64,000 nucleotides of DNA from assembly GCA_013265495.1 (NCBI GenBank), contig MU057724.1, forward strand, positions 124,001-188,000. The letters run 5' to 3'. This DNA comes from Vicugna vicugna. Lineage: Eukaryota. The position numbers and the translations under genes are program-made. Shown one piece after another: positions 14,331 through 26,360 of the stretch (the stretch's first letter is position 1; every line of letters begins with the position of its first letter). The notes below the pieces were generated by a model that was not told the origin of the DNA, ran no database searches, and was given only the letters and a program-made list of their open reading frames with translations.

Positions 14331-14664
14331 CCACTTTTAAATTCTGAAATAGCCCCAGTAAACAGTTAAAAGTCAAACTCTGCAACAGAGATGCAGAGCT
14401 CCTCATCAGCCCTTTTCACTTCAGCCCGAAAACAGTTGCTTAAGGTGATTTCCACTTAAGACCAAAGGCCCAGCCGCTGTTCTCAGGGCACAGAGACAGA
14501 GAAAAGGTTCTTCTCCAAGCAGGTAGTTTCTTGACAACATGGTCTTTTGCTATATTTGTATCAGATGCATTAGGTATCTAAAATGATGATGTTCACCTAC
14601 ACTAACTAGCCTTCTTAGAAAAACCAAGCTTTTAATCTAAAGTGGGGACGTCTTGAAATCATAG

Positions 14665-14960
14665 TATCTGTGAAATGTTTGCTCATTTCTCTACTAGTAA
14701 TTTTATGGCTTATTGGTTTATACGTAACTCTTCAATGCATCTCAAATGTATTTTGGTGTATAATACAAAGTAGAGATCAATTTTATTGTTTTTCCAAATA
14801 CTTTTATCAGCTTTACTTCCTCAGTAATTTTCCCCTGCTGATTCTAAATGTTTCCCTTATCACTTACTATATTCCAGTGCATCATAGGATTCTATTTCTT
14901 TGCTCCATATTTTATTTCATTGTGTTCTAAAGTCTGTAAACCTTGCCACAAATTAGTGCC
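14665..14960 (-). mobile_element. Very old L1 (L1ME-like) fragment
   Basis: T-rich antisense ORF2-like text (ttttggtgtataatacaaagtagagatcaattttattgtttt); highly diverged. Confidence 0.5.
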
Positions 14961-15079
14961 TTGTGTCTGTGTTAATGAATAATTTATAAATAAATACGCT
15001 TGACTGGGAGACAGAAATCTTTAAAAATTTTAAAACAAGGTCCTTGATCACTTTCAAAGACAACCAAGCTAGTGGACTT

Positions 15080-15141
15080 GGCTGTTGTCCCTTCAGTGCA
15101 GCGTAGACTCGGCTGTTGTCCCTTCAGTGCAGCGTAGACTC
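15080..15141. repeat. Perfect 31-bp tandem duplication
   Basis: ggctgttgtcccttcagtgcagcgtagactc occurs twice, at 15080-15110 and 15111-15141. Confidence 0.95.
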
Positions 15142-15689
15142 GCCGAGCCCGCCACCTGGACTTCACTGCAGGCACACGGCCCCTGCACGGACCCCACGGT
15201 GGAGGGCCTGCTGCTGGACTCACAGTTAGTGGTTTCGTTTCTCAGTTTTCCCAGGAAATTCTAAGACAGGATTTTAGAGCAATGTCTTGTAACACAATGA
15301 GACTTTTTTTTTTTTTTAAGTACTGTGTTGATCAGCTCAGTCTTTAAGGATCCCCTCGCTTGCTAGTGATCAGTTTAACGTGTCAGCTGCAGGGATGGCA
15401 GGGCCCTCTTCAGTTCATCTCTTTACTTCCTGTTGAAACTGGCACACATGTCGAGTGTTCGCTTGATATGAATTGAACAAAAGTGGAATGTTTTTGAATT
15501 TTGTTCTTGTGTCAAGCAAGCTGAAGAATGTTTTGTTCATATTAGAATTTAACCTTGAGAATCTTTGTTCCCTGAAATTTTTACCCTTGGTCTCGGAGCT
15601 AGTTCCCACCTCTCCCAGTCTAACCCGTGATAGCCCAAGACAGTGTGCCGAAGGTGGCGTGACAGTTCTTCTTACTTTGAAAAGAAGCT

Positions 15690-15870
15690 AACGTGGGTGA
15701 TGCTTTGTGTGAGTTACTTCTCTTAACCTAATGCAAGCGTAAGGGAGGCATTACGGTCTTCAGTTTGCAGATGGGAACATTGAAGTCAGGGAGACGGGGT
15801 AATCTGCTGAATGTCCAGAATTCTTGGGGTCTGCAGAGCTGGGTGACAGGGCATACTAGAGTCCAGAATG
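15690..15870 (-). mobile_element. MIR SINE fragment
   Basis: cagtttgcagatgggaacattgaagtcagggagacggggtaatctgctgaatgtc resembles the antisense MIR core. Confidence 0.55.
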
Positions 15871-18144
15871 GAGCTCTGGTCACCTGGCTTCAGAAAGGAG
15901 CCCCGTCCTTGTCTTATACTTGCTTTAGTGTCGAGCACACAGCAGGCCTGGGATGTCAAGTTTTCTTGAGTCTTATAGTCTGTTGATGAGATAGGAGAAT
16001 GTTGGTGACCCAGAAAAAATGTAAACAAATTGGATGAGGCTCAGAGTTTTCTAGGGACATGGCTGTGGCTTCACCTTTTCCTGCCGTGCTGTGCGGCTTC
16101 CGAAACAGTGTGTACGTGGCCTTTTCTAGGCTTTGCTTTTTCAGAGGAAAATGCATGAGTAGCATTTTGAGAATGATTGTTGGATCCAAGTCATCTGCCA
16201 GCAGAGGGTCTCCTTGGAGTGGGTGTGAAGTCAGAGGCAGAGATGGTGGAATCCACTAGTGGGGTGGCTCCAGGGACAAGGTGAGTGCCACCTCACTCAG
16301 GTTTACAGGAGACATTTCATGAGGTCGCTTTGATGAATAAATTGTGGTAACTGTGCTTCATACATCCTCCTTTCCTGACTGCTTTCTTCTCAAGAACAAA
16401 TAATTAAAACAAGAAATTTCTGTCTTGGGTGTTATGGAATGTGTTGTACACGAAGAAAATACAGAATCTGCAAGAAGGATTTTAGAAAAAAATCCAGAGT
16501 TTTTTTATTGCTCTAAAAGAGGAGAGCTCCGTTTCGTGTTTGGAAGCATTCCAGTTAGTTTTTGAAGAAGGAAATCTAATCAGCAAGATAGGGCAGAAGT
16601 TTGTGTTAATGAAGGATGTTCCTAGTTCTTAGTAATGTATGAGCAGGAGAGAGTTTTAGTCTTAAGAGGACCGTCTTCTTCCTGCCTGCTCTGTCCTTCC
16701 TTCCTTTAGGTAAAAAGCACGTGCTCTGACCATCTGGTCTCAGCTGTGCTGTAAAGCATAACTGTATGTACCTATGTGTGTTTCCTTGCATGGTCTCTTT
16801 CCCCAAATTTATGAAGAAAATAACCGTTTTATAATTCTTCTATTTTCCCTATTTGGTTGTCAGCAGCAGGAAAACCTTCTAAAGGCTTGGTCAGAGCCAG
16901 TGTGGAAATGTGAGGGCCTGTGAGCTCAGAGGGAAGGAGGAAGTTGCTGGCTATTCTGGCCACCAGAGTGACCTAAAGCTGACCAGCCTCCCCTCTGCTG
17001 TTCGCAGGATTGGCTGGGGTACAAATGTGTTCGTGTCAAAAATCACAAAATACCACTATGTTGTGTGTACCATCTTTTGTGTTTTCCTCTTTTTAAAAGA
17101 CAATTAAAAGTGGAAAGTATTTGTTGAATTTTTAAAATATGATTTTAAAATCCATCTTTATTTTATTTATTAATTTTTTTACTCCTAGAAAGTGTTTTAT
17201 TTGCTGGATGTCCTTGTTTTTGGATAGTTCTTCTTTTCCTCCAGGTAGTAATATTCTATTTCTGAGAAAGCTCTTTATTATGTATTATTTTATTTGTGAA
17301 GTCTTCAATAACCTAATTAATGATGTTTCTGCCACATTAAATTTTCTTTTAATTTTAAGGCAAGATTTTCTTTCAGAATTTGAACCTTGGTTCTATTTTG
17401 ATATATTCTTACCTAAATTCCATTCTGTGAGCTTCCTGGTATCTTATTGAAAACCTGTTTCATTTTATTTGACCCAAACCAGATCAGTAAGATTGAGGCA
17501 TTGCACACAGGTGGCCCTTGGTAGGATCGTGGCCACAGATTTTAGTTTTGTGGCCAAATTCAGACTAGTGTGGCCTGAGAACCTGGCTTGGAAGCAGGGA
17601 GGCTTGAAGACTGTGCTTTAGCGGAAAAGACCTGCTGGCTGCAGGGGCTGGAAAGGAGGGGCTCTAACACTTGAACTGCTTGGAACCCCCAGTGGAGCTG
17701 CCAGCCTCAGTGTCGAGGTTGTGCTCGGATTTGTGCGAAGTTGTAAACGCTTGGGTTGGTCATGTGGATTGCACCCCGTTTGCCACTGTTTTCTCTGTAT
17801 GATGCCGTGCCGTGTAGCCTGAGGATGCCTGTCAGAGTTTTCTACAATAATCCTAACACCACGGCTGGCCTCAGTGTGGTCTTCTCAGTAAGACGTGCTG
17901 GCTTCCTTAGGAAAACAGAGTGAGGCATGTTTCCCTGGTGTTACGATTCAGTCTTTGCCAGAACTATAGGCTCTTTCTTTTCCTGCCGTTGGGTGAAGAG
18001 ATGGCATCTTCCTCCCATCCCCACGAGAAGACCAAGTGTCCCGCAGGGACTCGCAGGCTCGCTGGTATCGGTCTGATTCACAATCCGGAATCCCAGCACT
18101 CAGAAGTCATTTTAGGGATCAGTTCATTGGAATTGACCCTTGAG

Positions 18145-18280
18145 TAGGGTTACGGAAGGCACCCAAGTGAATGTGAATTTTAGGTAAACTTCGGGGCATA
18201 CTCGCACTAAAAAATTATTCGTTTATCTGAAATCCACATTTAACTGGCCATCCTATGTTTTATTTGGTAAATCTGGCACT
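18145..18280. mobile_element. MER53-like hAT MITE with central deletion
   Basis: tagggtt...cacccaagtgaatgtgaattttaggtaaac and ctaaaaaattattcgtttatctgaaatccacatttaactggccatcct...aaatctggca form the two imperfect inverted arms typical of MER53. Confidence 0.75.
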
Positions 18281-20480
18281 GTTCACTTGAGGCTAAATTA
18301 TCTAAAATATTAAGAATTCATGTAAAATAATGTCCCTGGGTGGCTGAGAAACATTCCCTGCTTCTTATTCCTTACCTAAACCTTGAAGTTGGGGAAGCTT
18401 TTACTCCTTCTACACTCCCCTCCCGTATGCCAAGAGTAGGATGTTCGTGAGGGCACTTAGCCCGCTGTTGCACGCACCCGGCTCCCGTAGTTGGTCATGT
18501 AGGGAAGGCCTGGCCATGGGCAGTGTGGTGAGGTCCTGACCTCTCCTGACCCCCTGCTGGAACTGCGGACTCAGCACTTGGGTTTGTCCCTGCTCAAGTG
18601 CTGTCCCCAGCCAGCCAGCTAGGGGCACAGTAGGCAGCCCATAAACCTCCTGGCATGTTTCAGGGGGCCCCCAGGTCAGTCTACCTTTCCTCCTCCGCTC
18701 AGGATCTCCGAGTTCCCATATCGAGTTATTCCAGTTTCCCAGAGAACAAGAGGGGCTGGTATGATGTCAGAGGTGGGTCAGAGGTTGGAAGGGAGTTGGA
18801 AGAATTTAGTCATTATTAATATATTTTTAAAGAATTGTTAATATCTTCTAAAAGTAGTAACAGCCCGTATCCAAGTGAGAGAGAGCAGTGTTCACAATCC
18901 CTGCCAAGGGTCCTGGCTGTGGGAATCCAGACATTCTGTACATTATTTCTGGTGTCGTTGAGTAGAATTTGGTCTTTTGTATGGACCTTTCACAGAAGGA
19001 AGCTTTTATTTCCAAAGGCCATCATTAAAGGTGTGAAGGCCACAGTGTGAATTAAGGTGACACGCCCTGCTTTGAATTGGATTTCCTGCTAGTTCTGATC
19101 GCAGGCATTCTTCCCGGACTAGGGTGAATTCAGTTCCAGTGTTTGCTTGTAAAACTGAATCCAGTCATTGTATTTGCAGTTTGGCTGTCTGCCTGCTGTT
19201 AAAGTACAGAGCAAACTTCAGCTAGTTACTCCCTACGGCTCTCTGTCCTCCACAAAGAGCAGGGGAAGGAAAGGGGAAAACCCAAGGGTGACCGAGTTCA
19301 TTTACATACGTGCCAGAGGGCAGCTGTGTATTGCCTGTGGTCACATGACTGTGGAGATTCCTGATATTCCATTTACTGGAATAGGATGCATCTGAAAAAC
19401 CCAAAACACAAAAACTGTCTCTCTGTATGGTGCTAGGGTCAGGGTTAGCAGCTGTGTAACCCACTTCTACCACGTAGCAAATATAGGTGAAAAAAAAATA
19501 GGAGATTTTATGTTTCTCCCTCTTTTAAAAGTTATGTGTGTAAAGAAAAACTTCTATAAGGGAGAGGCCACAAAGCAGGATGGTGGCACTGCTGACTGGT
19601 CCCACCCGACCATGGCCACGGAGCTGTCTGAGGGAGCCCAGGCCAGGAGGCTGCCATCTGGATCTGTAGATCAGATCTGCAGGGTTCACCTCTTTTAAGT
19701 GGAGGAAGAGAAAATACGATTCCGTGTGCCCAGTGTGACTCAGGCACCCCATGATGACCCCCCGACGAAGCTTGGCTGACTGTGTATGAGAAGGATTGCT
19801 TCTCACTAGGGTTAGAGGTGAGAAGGGCACAGGGGCACCAGCCAGCTCGGGAGCCCTGAGGAGTCGTGCTCCTCACCGAGGCGGCGCCTGAGGAGCTGAA
19901 ACAAGGTGTGGAGGTGATGCCAGGTCTGGAGGCTCCCCTCGGCCCTGGTGACACTGCAGCCTCCCTGTCTCCTGCCGCCCGGATTCTATTGTTTAATTCT
20001 GGTCTAGCCCATTGAGCTAGAGCCACATAACCTTTCCTTTAGACTTAGTTTTATATAGATGGAAGAAATTTGAATGTTTTATTGAATAGATATCAATAAA
20101 TTTTGAGTTTTTTGTTATCAAAGAGCCCTGCTGCCTTGCTGCTATTTTGCTACGTGCTAAGAGAAAAATCAGAACATCTAAGACAGGAATTTTTGCCACA
20201 GGGAGCCTACGGTCTTCTTTTGGATAGAAGCCCTAAAAACCAGCAAACCCTGGAAACCAGCAGACTGTTGTCTGGTAGCAGAATGTGAACAAAGAGAAAA
20301 AGCCTAGCTTCCTGCGTGGACGTTTCGTGGAGATGGCACGCTAAACCAACTCACGGATGTGAAGAGATGCGCGACGAGCTTCCCAGAGCTGCTGTGGAAT
20401 GCTGCAGAGATGGTGCATCCAAACGCCAGGGAGGACAACAGGGAGAGTTTACAAAGGCCAAAATGAAGCAACCAAAACAG

Positions 20481-23400
20481 GACTTCTGACTTCGTTTCTG
20501 GTCTGACACGTAAGGAACTTGGAAGTCATCACTTCTGTTTTAAAACAAGAAAAAAGCTGAACAAAGAAAATCAACAGTTCTTTTAGATCCAACAGAGAAC
20601 TGAAGTCATAGCGCACAGATCACTGTCTCCAAAGTCAGGGAGACAGCAAGGGACACAGAGACTCAGCTTCTGGAGCAGAAGCCCAGGAGCAAAAGCATCC
20701 ACTGGAGCCAGTCCTGGGGTAGAAGGAAGAGCTTGCACTGTAACAGACAAAGTCAGAGCTAGAGGCTCTGAAACTCCAGGGGTCCCTGTCTTGGGGGATG
20801 GGGGTGCAGTTTTGTGAGATTTACCTCCAGGAGCCCTACCAGGTTCTCACAGTGAAGATCAGGGAAAATTCCCCTCAGGCCTCAGGCCTGGGGAGGGAAA
20901 AGGAACCTGTACTTCTTAACAAGTCCTGCCCATGGGGAAACAGTTCAACCAGAGCCTCCTCTGCTGGGGTTTTATCAGAGCCCAGCAGACCCTGGGGGGA
21001 AGGGAGATACCCAACTCCAGATTCCTCCAGTCTTCCCGTCTTACCTAAAGGGGTGGAGGAGGAGCTGAGAAGCTGTCCTGAAGGTCACAGGCCAGAGGTA
21101 CAGGCTCCCTGACAGCTGAGACCTGATCGTGGGCTCTGGAAATTGCCCCTCACCCCTACCCCACCGTGGCATCAGTGGGGTGCCTTTATGATGACAGGGG
21201 AATAAAAATGAAAGAGCCACATGTCTCAGACCTCATTTGAGAAGAAACCTCTGGGGAAACACAAAGACAACAGGGCAGACAAAAACTGATCCCAGAGAAA
21301 ATGTTTGCCATGAGGAAGTGTCACTCCTCGCCAGGAAACCATAAAGCCTCCCTCTAAAGGCCCAGGACATCGTGTCTGGCTTTCAACAAAAAGTTTTGAG
21401 ACATTCATTCTAAAAGGGAAAAATCATAGTATGAAGAAAAACAGAGGACGCATTAGAACCAGACTTAGATGTGGCGGAGACGTTGGAATTAGCTAGTAAT
21501 TTAACATGAATGTGACAAATATTCTGGGGCCGCAAAGGAAAAAGTGGACAGCAGGTAAGAACAGGTGGGTAATGCAGGCAGAGAGATGGAGACTCCAAGA
21601 AAGAATCAAGAGGAAGTGCTAGAGATCAAAACGCTGTCACAGAATAGAGTGCCTTTGGTGGCTCACCAGCAGACTGAAAGTGGCTAAGCAGAGAATCAGT
21701 GAGCTGGAAGAAATGTCAGTAGAAACTATGCAGAGAGAAAAGAGGAATGAAAAAAGGGAACTTAATATCCAAGAGCTGTGGGACAATGACAAAAGATGTG
21801 ACACACAGGTGTTGGGGACACCAGAGAGGAACGAGAAAGGAAGGAAATATTTGAACCAATATAATGACTGAGAATTTTCCAAAACTTAGTGATAGGCAAC
21901 AAACTACTGATCCAGGAATCTCAGAGAACATCAAGCAGGATACATAACACAAAATACATACCCAGGTGTATCATATTCAAATACAGAAAGTCAGAGACAA
22001 AGAAGAAATCTTGAAAAGGCTCAAAGAGGGAGGAGAACACTTAACTCAGAGAGAGGTTAGGATAAGACTTGCATCATCAGACTCCTCAGAAACTATGCAA
22101 GCTGGAAGAGAGGATAGTGAAGTACTTGAAGTATTGAAAGAAAAACCCACCAGTTTCAAACCCTAATCTAGCAAATGCATCCTTGAAAAATAAACACTGC
22201 CTCACACAAACAAAATCTTTGGGAATTTGTTTACATTAGAGCTGCCTTGTAAGAAATGCTGAAAGAAGTTCTTCATAAAGAAGGAACATGATACAGGTCA
22301 AAAACTAGGATCTGTATAAAGAAAGGAAGAGCTTAGAGAAGGAATAAACATAGGTTAAATGAAATATATTTCTTACTCTTACATCATCTAATAGACAACA
22401 GTTTGTTCAGAACAACAGTAGAAACAATGTATTTGGTGAAATGAATGACAGCAACGCAATAAGGGACCAGAGGGCAAAACTGGGAACACTTTGTTACGAG
22501 GTATGCGCACGACCAGTAAAATGACAAAACAGCGTTATTTGAAAGTGGACTGAGTGAGCTGAAAATGTATATTGCAGACTCAAGGGGAACCACGAAACTT
22601 GAAAAAAGAAGTATAATTTGATATGCTAAAAGAAGAGAAAAATGAAATGTCCAATTAAAATCACAGAAGGCAGAAAGAGTGCAGACAGTAATAAGAACAA
22701 ACAGCAAACAGTAACCACTGTGCGAGACTCTGAGCCTGTGCGGCAGTCACTTTAACATCAGTGGTCTGAATTCACCAAGTACAAGACAGAGGCTGACAGA
22801 GGAGGGAAAACTAAGGTCCAAGTGTATGTTGTCTATAAGAAACCCACTTCAGATACAAAGACAGATTTAAAGTGAAAGGATGGCACTGTGATGTGAATGT
22901 AAATTGGTGCAGTCACTACAGAAGCAGCGTGGAGGTGCCTTAAAAACTAAAAATGGAACTGCCATAGGATCCAGCAGTCCCACTCCTGAAGAAAGCAGAG
23001 ACACTAATTTGGAAAGATATGTGCACCCCAGTGTTTGTAGCAGCATTATTTACAATAGTCAAGACATGGAAGCAACCAGGTGTGCATCAGTGGATGAATG
23101 TGTGCATATATGTACACACATACACAGACACACACACCACTGGAATACTATTCGGCCATAGAAAAGAAAGAAATCCTGCTAATTGTGACTACATTAGTGG
23201 GCCTTTTGGACATATGCTAAATTAAATAAGTCAGACAAAGAAAGACAAAAACATGTGATTTCACTTATATGTGAAATTCTAAAAGAATGACAAAACTAAT
23301 TCATAGAGAAAACAGATGGTGGTTACCAGAGGCATGAGGTGGGCATGGGAGAAGGCAGGGGTGTGTCACAATGTACAAACTTCCAGTTATAAGATAAATG

Positions 23401-23790
23401 AGTACTGGGGGTGTAGTGTATAGCATGGTGACTACAGTTAATAGCACTATTATGTATATAAGTAGCTAATCATTTTGTTGCACACCTGAAACTAATGTAA
23501 TGTTATCTGTCAATTCTACCTCAGTCTTTTAAAATGTAAATGGATGCAAAGAGCTACTAACACTTACCAAAAGAAAGCTGGAGTAGCTATGTTAATTTCA
23601 GACAAAGCAGCCTTCAGAGTGAGGAAAATTATCAAGGAAAAAGAGGAGCATCACATAATTATAAAGAGATCAATTCTTCAAGAAGGCAACAATTCTTAAT
23701 GTGCATGTGCCTAACAAGAGACCACCAAAGTATATAAAGCGAAAACTGATCGAAGTGCAAGGGGAGACGGAGGACTGTTGTTACAGACTT
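20481..23790 (+). mobile_element. Old LINE-1 (L1MC-like) 5' UTR, ORF1 and ORF2 endonuclease start; 3'-truncated and interrupted by a younger L1
   Basis: ORF1p-like translations (AKQRISELEEMSVETMQ...NIQELWDNDKRCDTQVLGTPE; QKVRDKEEILK...SSETMQA). ORF2 endonuclease text on both sides of the nested insert (tgttgtctataagaaacccacttc; aagaaagctggagtagctatgttaatttcagacaaagcag). Confidence 0.9.
22884..23530 (+). mobile_element. Nested L1 3' end (L1MA9/artiodactyl-L1-like), 5'-truncated
   Basis: ORF2 C-terminal motif CTPVFVAALFTIVKTWKQP; 3' UTR end tgcacacctgaaactaatgtaatgttatctgtcaatt. Flanked by a decayed TSD (ttaaagtgaaaggatgg / ttaaaatgtaaatggatgc). Confidence 0.85.
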
Positions 23791-24012
23791 GCTGCAACTC
23801 TGGTACCTGAGTGAGAGCGCGCCCTGGCCATTGGCACCTTTGACGGGAGGGCCTGGGCCAGCAGCGGAGGGAGAAGGGGCCAGGTTTGTGTTTCCATTGG
23901 GCGATTCTGGCAGCAGCTTGAGGGATGAGCTGGAGGTGGGCAGAGACCACTGGGAAGGCTGTCATGGGGAAGCCCTGGGCCTGGTAACTGAGGCTGGCGG
24001 CAGTCCATCAGC

Positions 24013-24048
24013 TTAGGGTTAGGGGTTATGGATTAGGGGCTAGGGCTA
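24013..24048 (+). repeat. Degenerate telomere-like (TTAGGG)n tract
   Basis: TTAGGG TTAGGGG TTATGGA TTAGGGG CTAGGG CTA. Confidence 0.6.
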
Positions 24049-24776
24049 AAAGTAATATGTGCTCAATGAATGGGCAAGTTGGTTGGGTTCACGTAAGCTT
24101 GTAAATACTGGAATTGTAAGTCAAGCTTCATCCCCTGAGATCGTGTGCAGTGCTTTTGCTGAGAGAAAGGGCTTCGGGGTTAGGGTGAAAAGCTTGAAAA
24201 TGGTGGAGCCTTGTGTGGGACTTCAAAGGAAGATGACAAGACACAGAAAAAGGTGGTTTTGCTGCATCATCTGGGTGTGTGTTTTCTCCAGCAAGGCCTA
24301 GATGTGCGGGAAGAAATGACAACAAAGGGGACTAAGGGGCTTTGCCAGAAGGAGCAGGGGCTGACAGCAGTGTGGTCCAGGCGGAGTGAGGAGAAGCTGG
24401 TGGCTGACAGAGGGAGGGGCCCACGGAGCTGAGGGCATGCCGTGAGGCTCAGGTTCTTCAACAGCAGCCTAGGCTTTAGATGCCAGGTGTCTAGCGGGAC
24501 TTGAGAATGAAAGAAAGGCTGAATCAGATATAAAAAGAACAGTGGGGAAGAGACCTGACGCCAGAGAAGATTGTGAAGCCCCCTCACCACTGCCCCCACC
24601 GTGTGTCACCACCACCTGACCCGGCGCAGTACTGAGGGTCTGATCGTTGCTGAACTTGTGGATCGTACATGAAGGCCTTACTTAGTTCAACTGTGTATTC
24701 ACCTTTTGTGTCCACTAATTATGAAATGACAGACAGTTACAAAACATAGGAGCCATGTTCTGACTGAACTCCTTAC

Positions 24777-24887
24777 TTTTTTTTAAACACCTTTATCCTT
24801 TATTGATTCCTGTACAGTAAACTATGCATATTTCATATGTACAATTCGATGAATTTAGATAGGTGTATACACCCATGAAACCACCCT
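24777..24887 (-). mobile_element. Short L1 3'-end fragment
   Basis: Poly-T followed by tacagtaaactatgcatatttcatatgtacaattcgatgaattt...tatacacccatgaaaccacc. Confidence 0.7.
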
Positions 24888-25879
24888 GCTTTTTAAAAAA
24901 TGGATTTCTACAAGTCTTAAGGGTCAAGGTGTGAGGGGTGCATGGCAGGTCTTTGGAGATCATTCTAAGTCCTGCCCTGCAGTTCAGAGAAGTGGGGTTT
25001 GGTACTTAACAGAGAATCTAAGGGCTTTGCTTTTTTCCTAAAGAATCCTCTTTTCCCAAGGGAAGCTGTCTGTTGGTGGCTGGATTGTTTATTCTCAGCC
25101 CAGTTAGGACTGACTGACTGCTAGCAGCTGCATTTACCCTCCAGGGTGGGGATCCTGTCCCTGCTAGTGCATTAGACCAACTTCCTGCTTATCCTTATCT
25201 AAATGCTAAAGAAAAGAAGTTAAAAATTCTGTAGGCCTGAGAGAGACTAACAGGGAGAGGGAAGCCCACGTTTTAGGGATGAGGTGAGAGTGGGTCAGAG
25301 AATTTTGCTGAATGACCACTCCACGCTGATCACTCCACACTGCCACCCCTCCCTAGGCTGCCACTCCCTCCATGGGCGGTGAATAAACCCTGGGAAGCGG
25401 GACTGTGCTGAGATGAGGGCTGCGTTTTAAACACTTATGAATGATGCCGTAAAAAGGTCACAAGGTTAGCGTATGACCACAGTTTTCTAATGAAACAGAG
25501 CTAATAAAATTGTTCTCTAGATGTCTGCTTTGGCTGAGAATGGGTAAGCTGGCCTTCAGCAGAGAGGACAGTAAATGTTGCCATTATTTAAAAACCACTG
25601 TGCTGACTTGTTGTAGTCAAAAAAGTGAAAAGGGAAGAGAAAACAGAAGAGTTACTTAAATTTACTTTTCAACTTTATTAAAAGAAAGCATCTCTAATAC
25701 TACAGGCTGATTTTTTTTGACAGCTCATATTACCAGGAAGCGTATTCAAAACGTACAGTAATTGCACGACTGCGGTGCAGCATGTTGACCCTGTTAGACA
25801 GTCCACATGGCACTCTCTGCTCCTTCCCAGTCCAGCACTCTGCTTTGTGTCTCATGGCTGAGGTCTGGCACTACCTCCT

Positions 25880-26135
25880 TTTAGGAACTTCCTCTAACTC
25901 CACTCTGCATTAAGATCTTTAGTTCCAGAACACCATTTTCCAAGATACACCTCTAATCTGTATGATTTACAATATTAATCTGGACCACTTACCACAGTCT
26001 GTGATGATTTTCTTCTGTCTTGTCTTTCCCCCAGTGTCCCTAGAGAGTAGATACCTTCAGGTCAGGGACTGTCTTATGAAACTTGGCGTCTGGGAAATAG
26101 TAGGTATTCATGAAGTAGTTATTAGGTGAATTAAT
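25880..26135 (+). mobile_element. LINE-2 3' end fragment
   Basis: caggtcagggactgtcttat...atagtaggtattcatgaagtagttattaggtgaat resembles the L2 terminal region. Confidence 0.55.
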
Positions 26136-26199
26136 AGGTAATGGAAATTAATTCTGTTAGAATTAAATTAACAGTTAACATTTAAATTAACACTGTTAA

Positions 26200-26360
26200 A
26201 AGAACATGCTACAAATCATCTTTGTACTGAATTCTTTGCATGAGAGACCTCATTTAACCTTCACAGTAACCCTAAGAGTTAGGAACTGGCACCACCCCTT
26301 TCTGACAGGAGAGGAGCCTGCTCAAGCTGGCACCACTGGTAAGAGTCTGACCTGGGCTCC
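26200..26360 (-). mobile_element. MIR SINE fragment
   Basis: ctcatttaaccttcacagtaaccctaagagttagg matches the antisense MIR core. Confidence 0.7.

Noticed and set aside
16145..16286. Exon candidate ending in a strong AAG|gtgagt donor
   Set aside because: All three frames contain stops from the obvious acceptor, and there is no other support.
19305..19420. Minus-strand exon-like segment (tttttcag|ATGCATCC...GGCAC|gtatgt)
   Set aside because: The peptide is unrecognised, it is opposite to the inferred host strand, and no partner exons were found.
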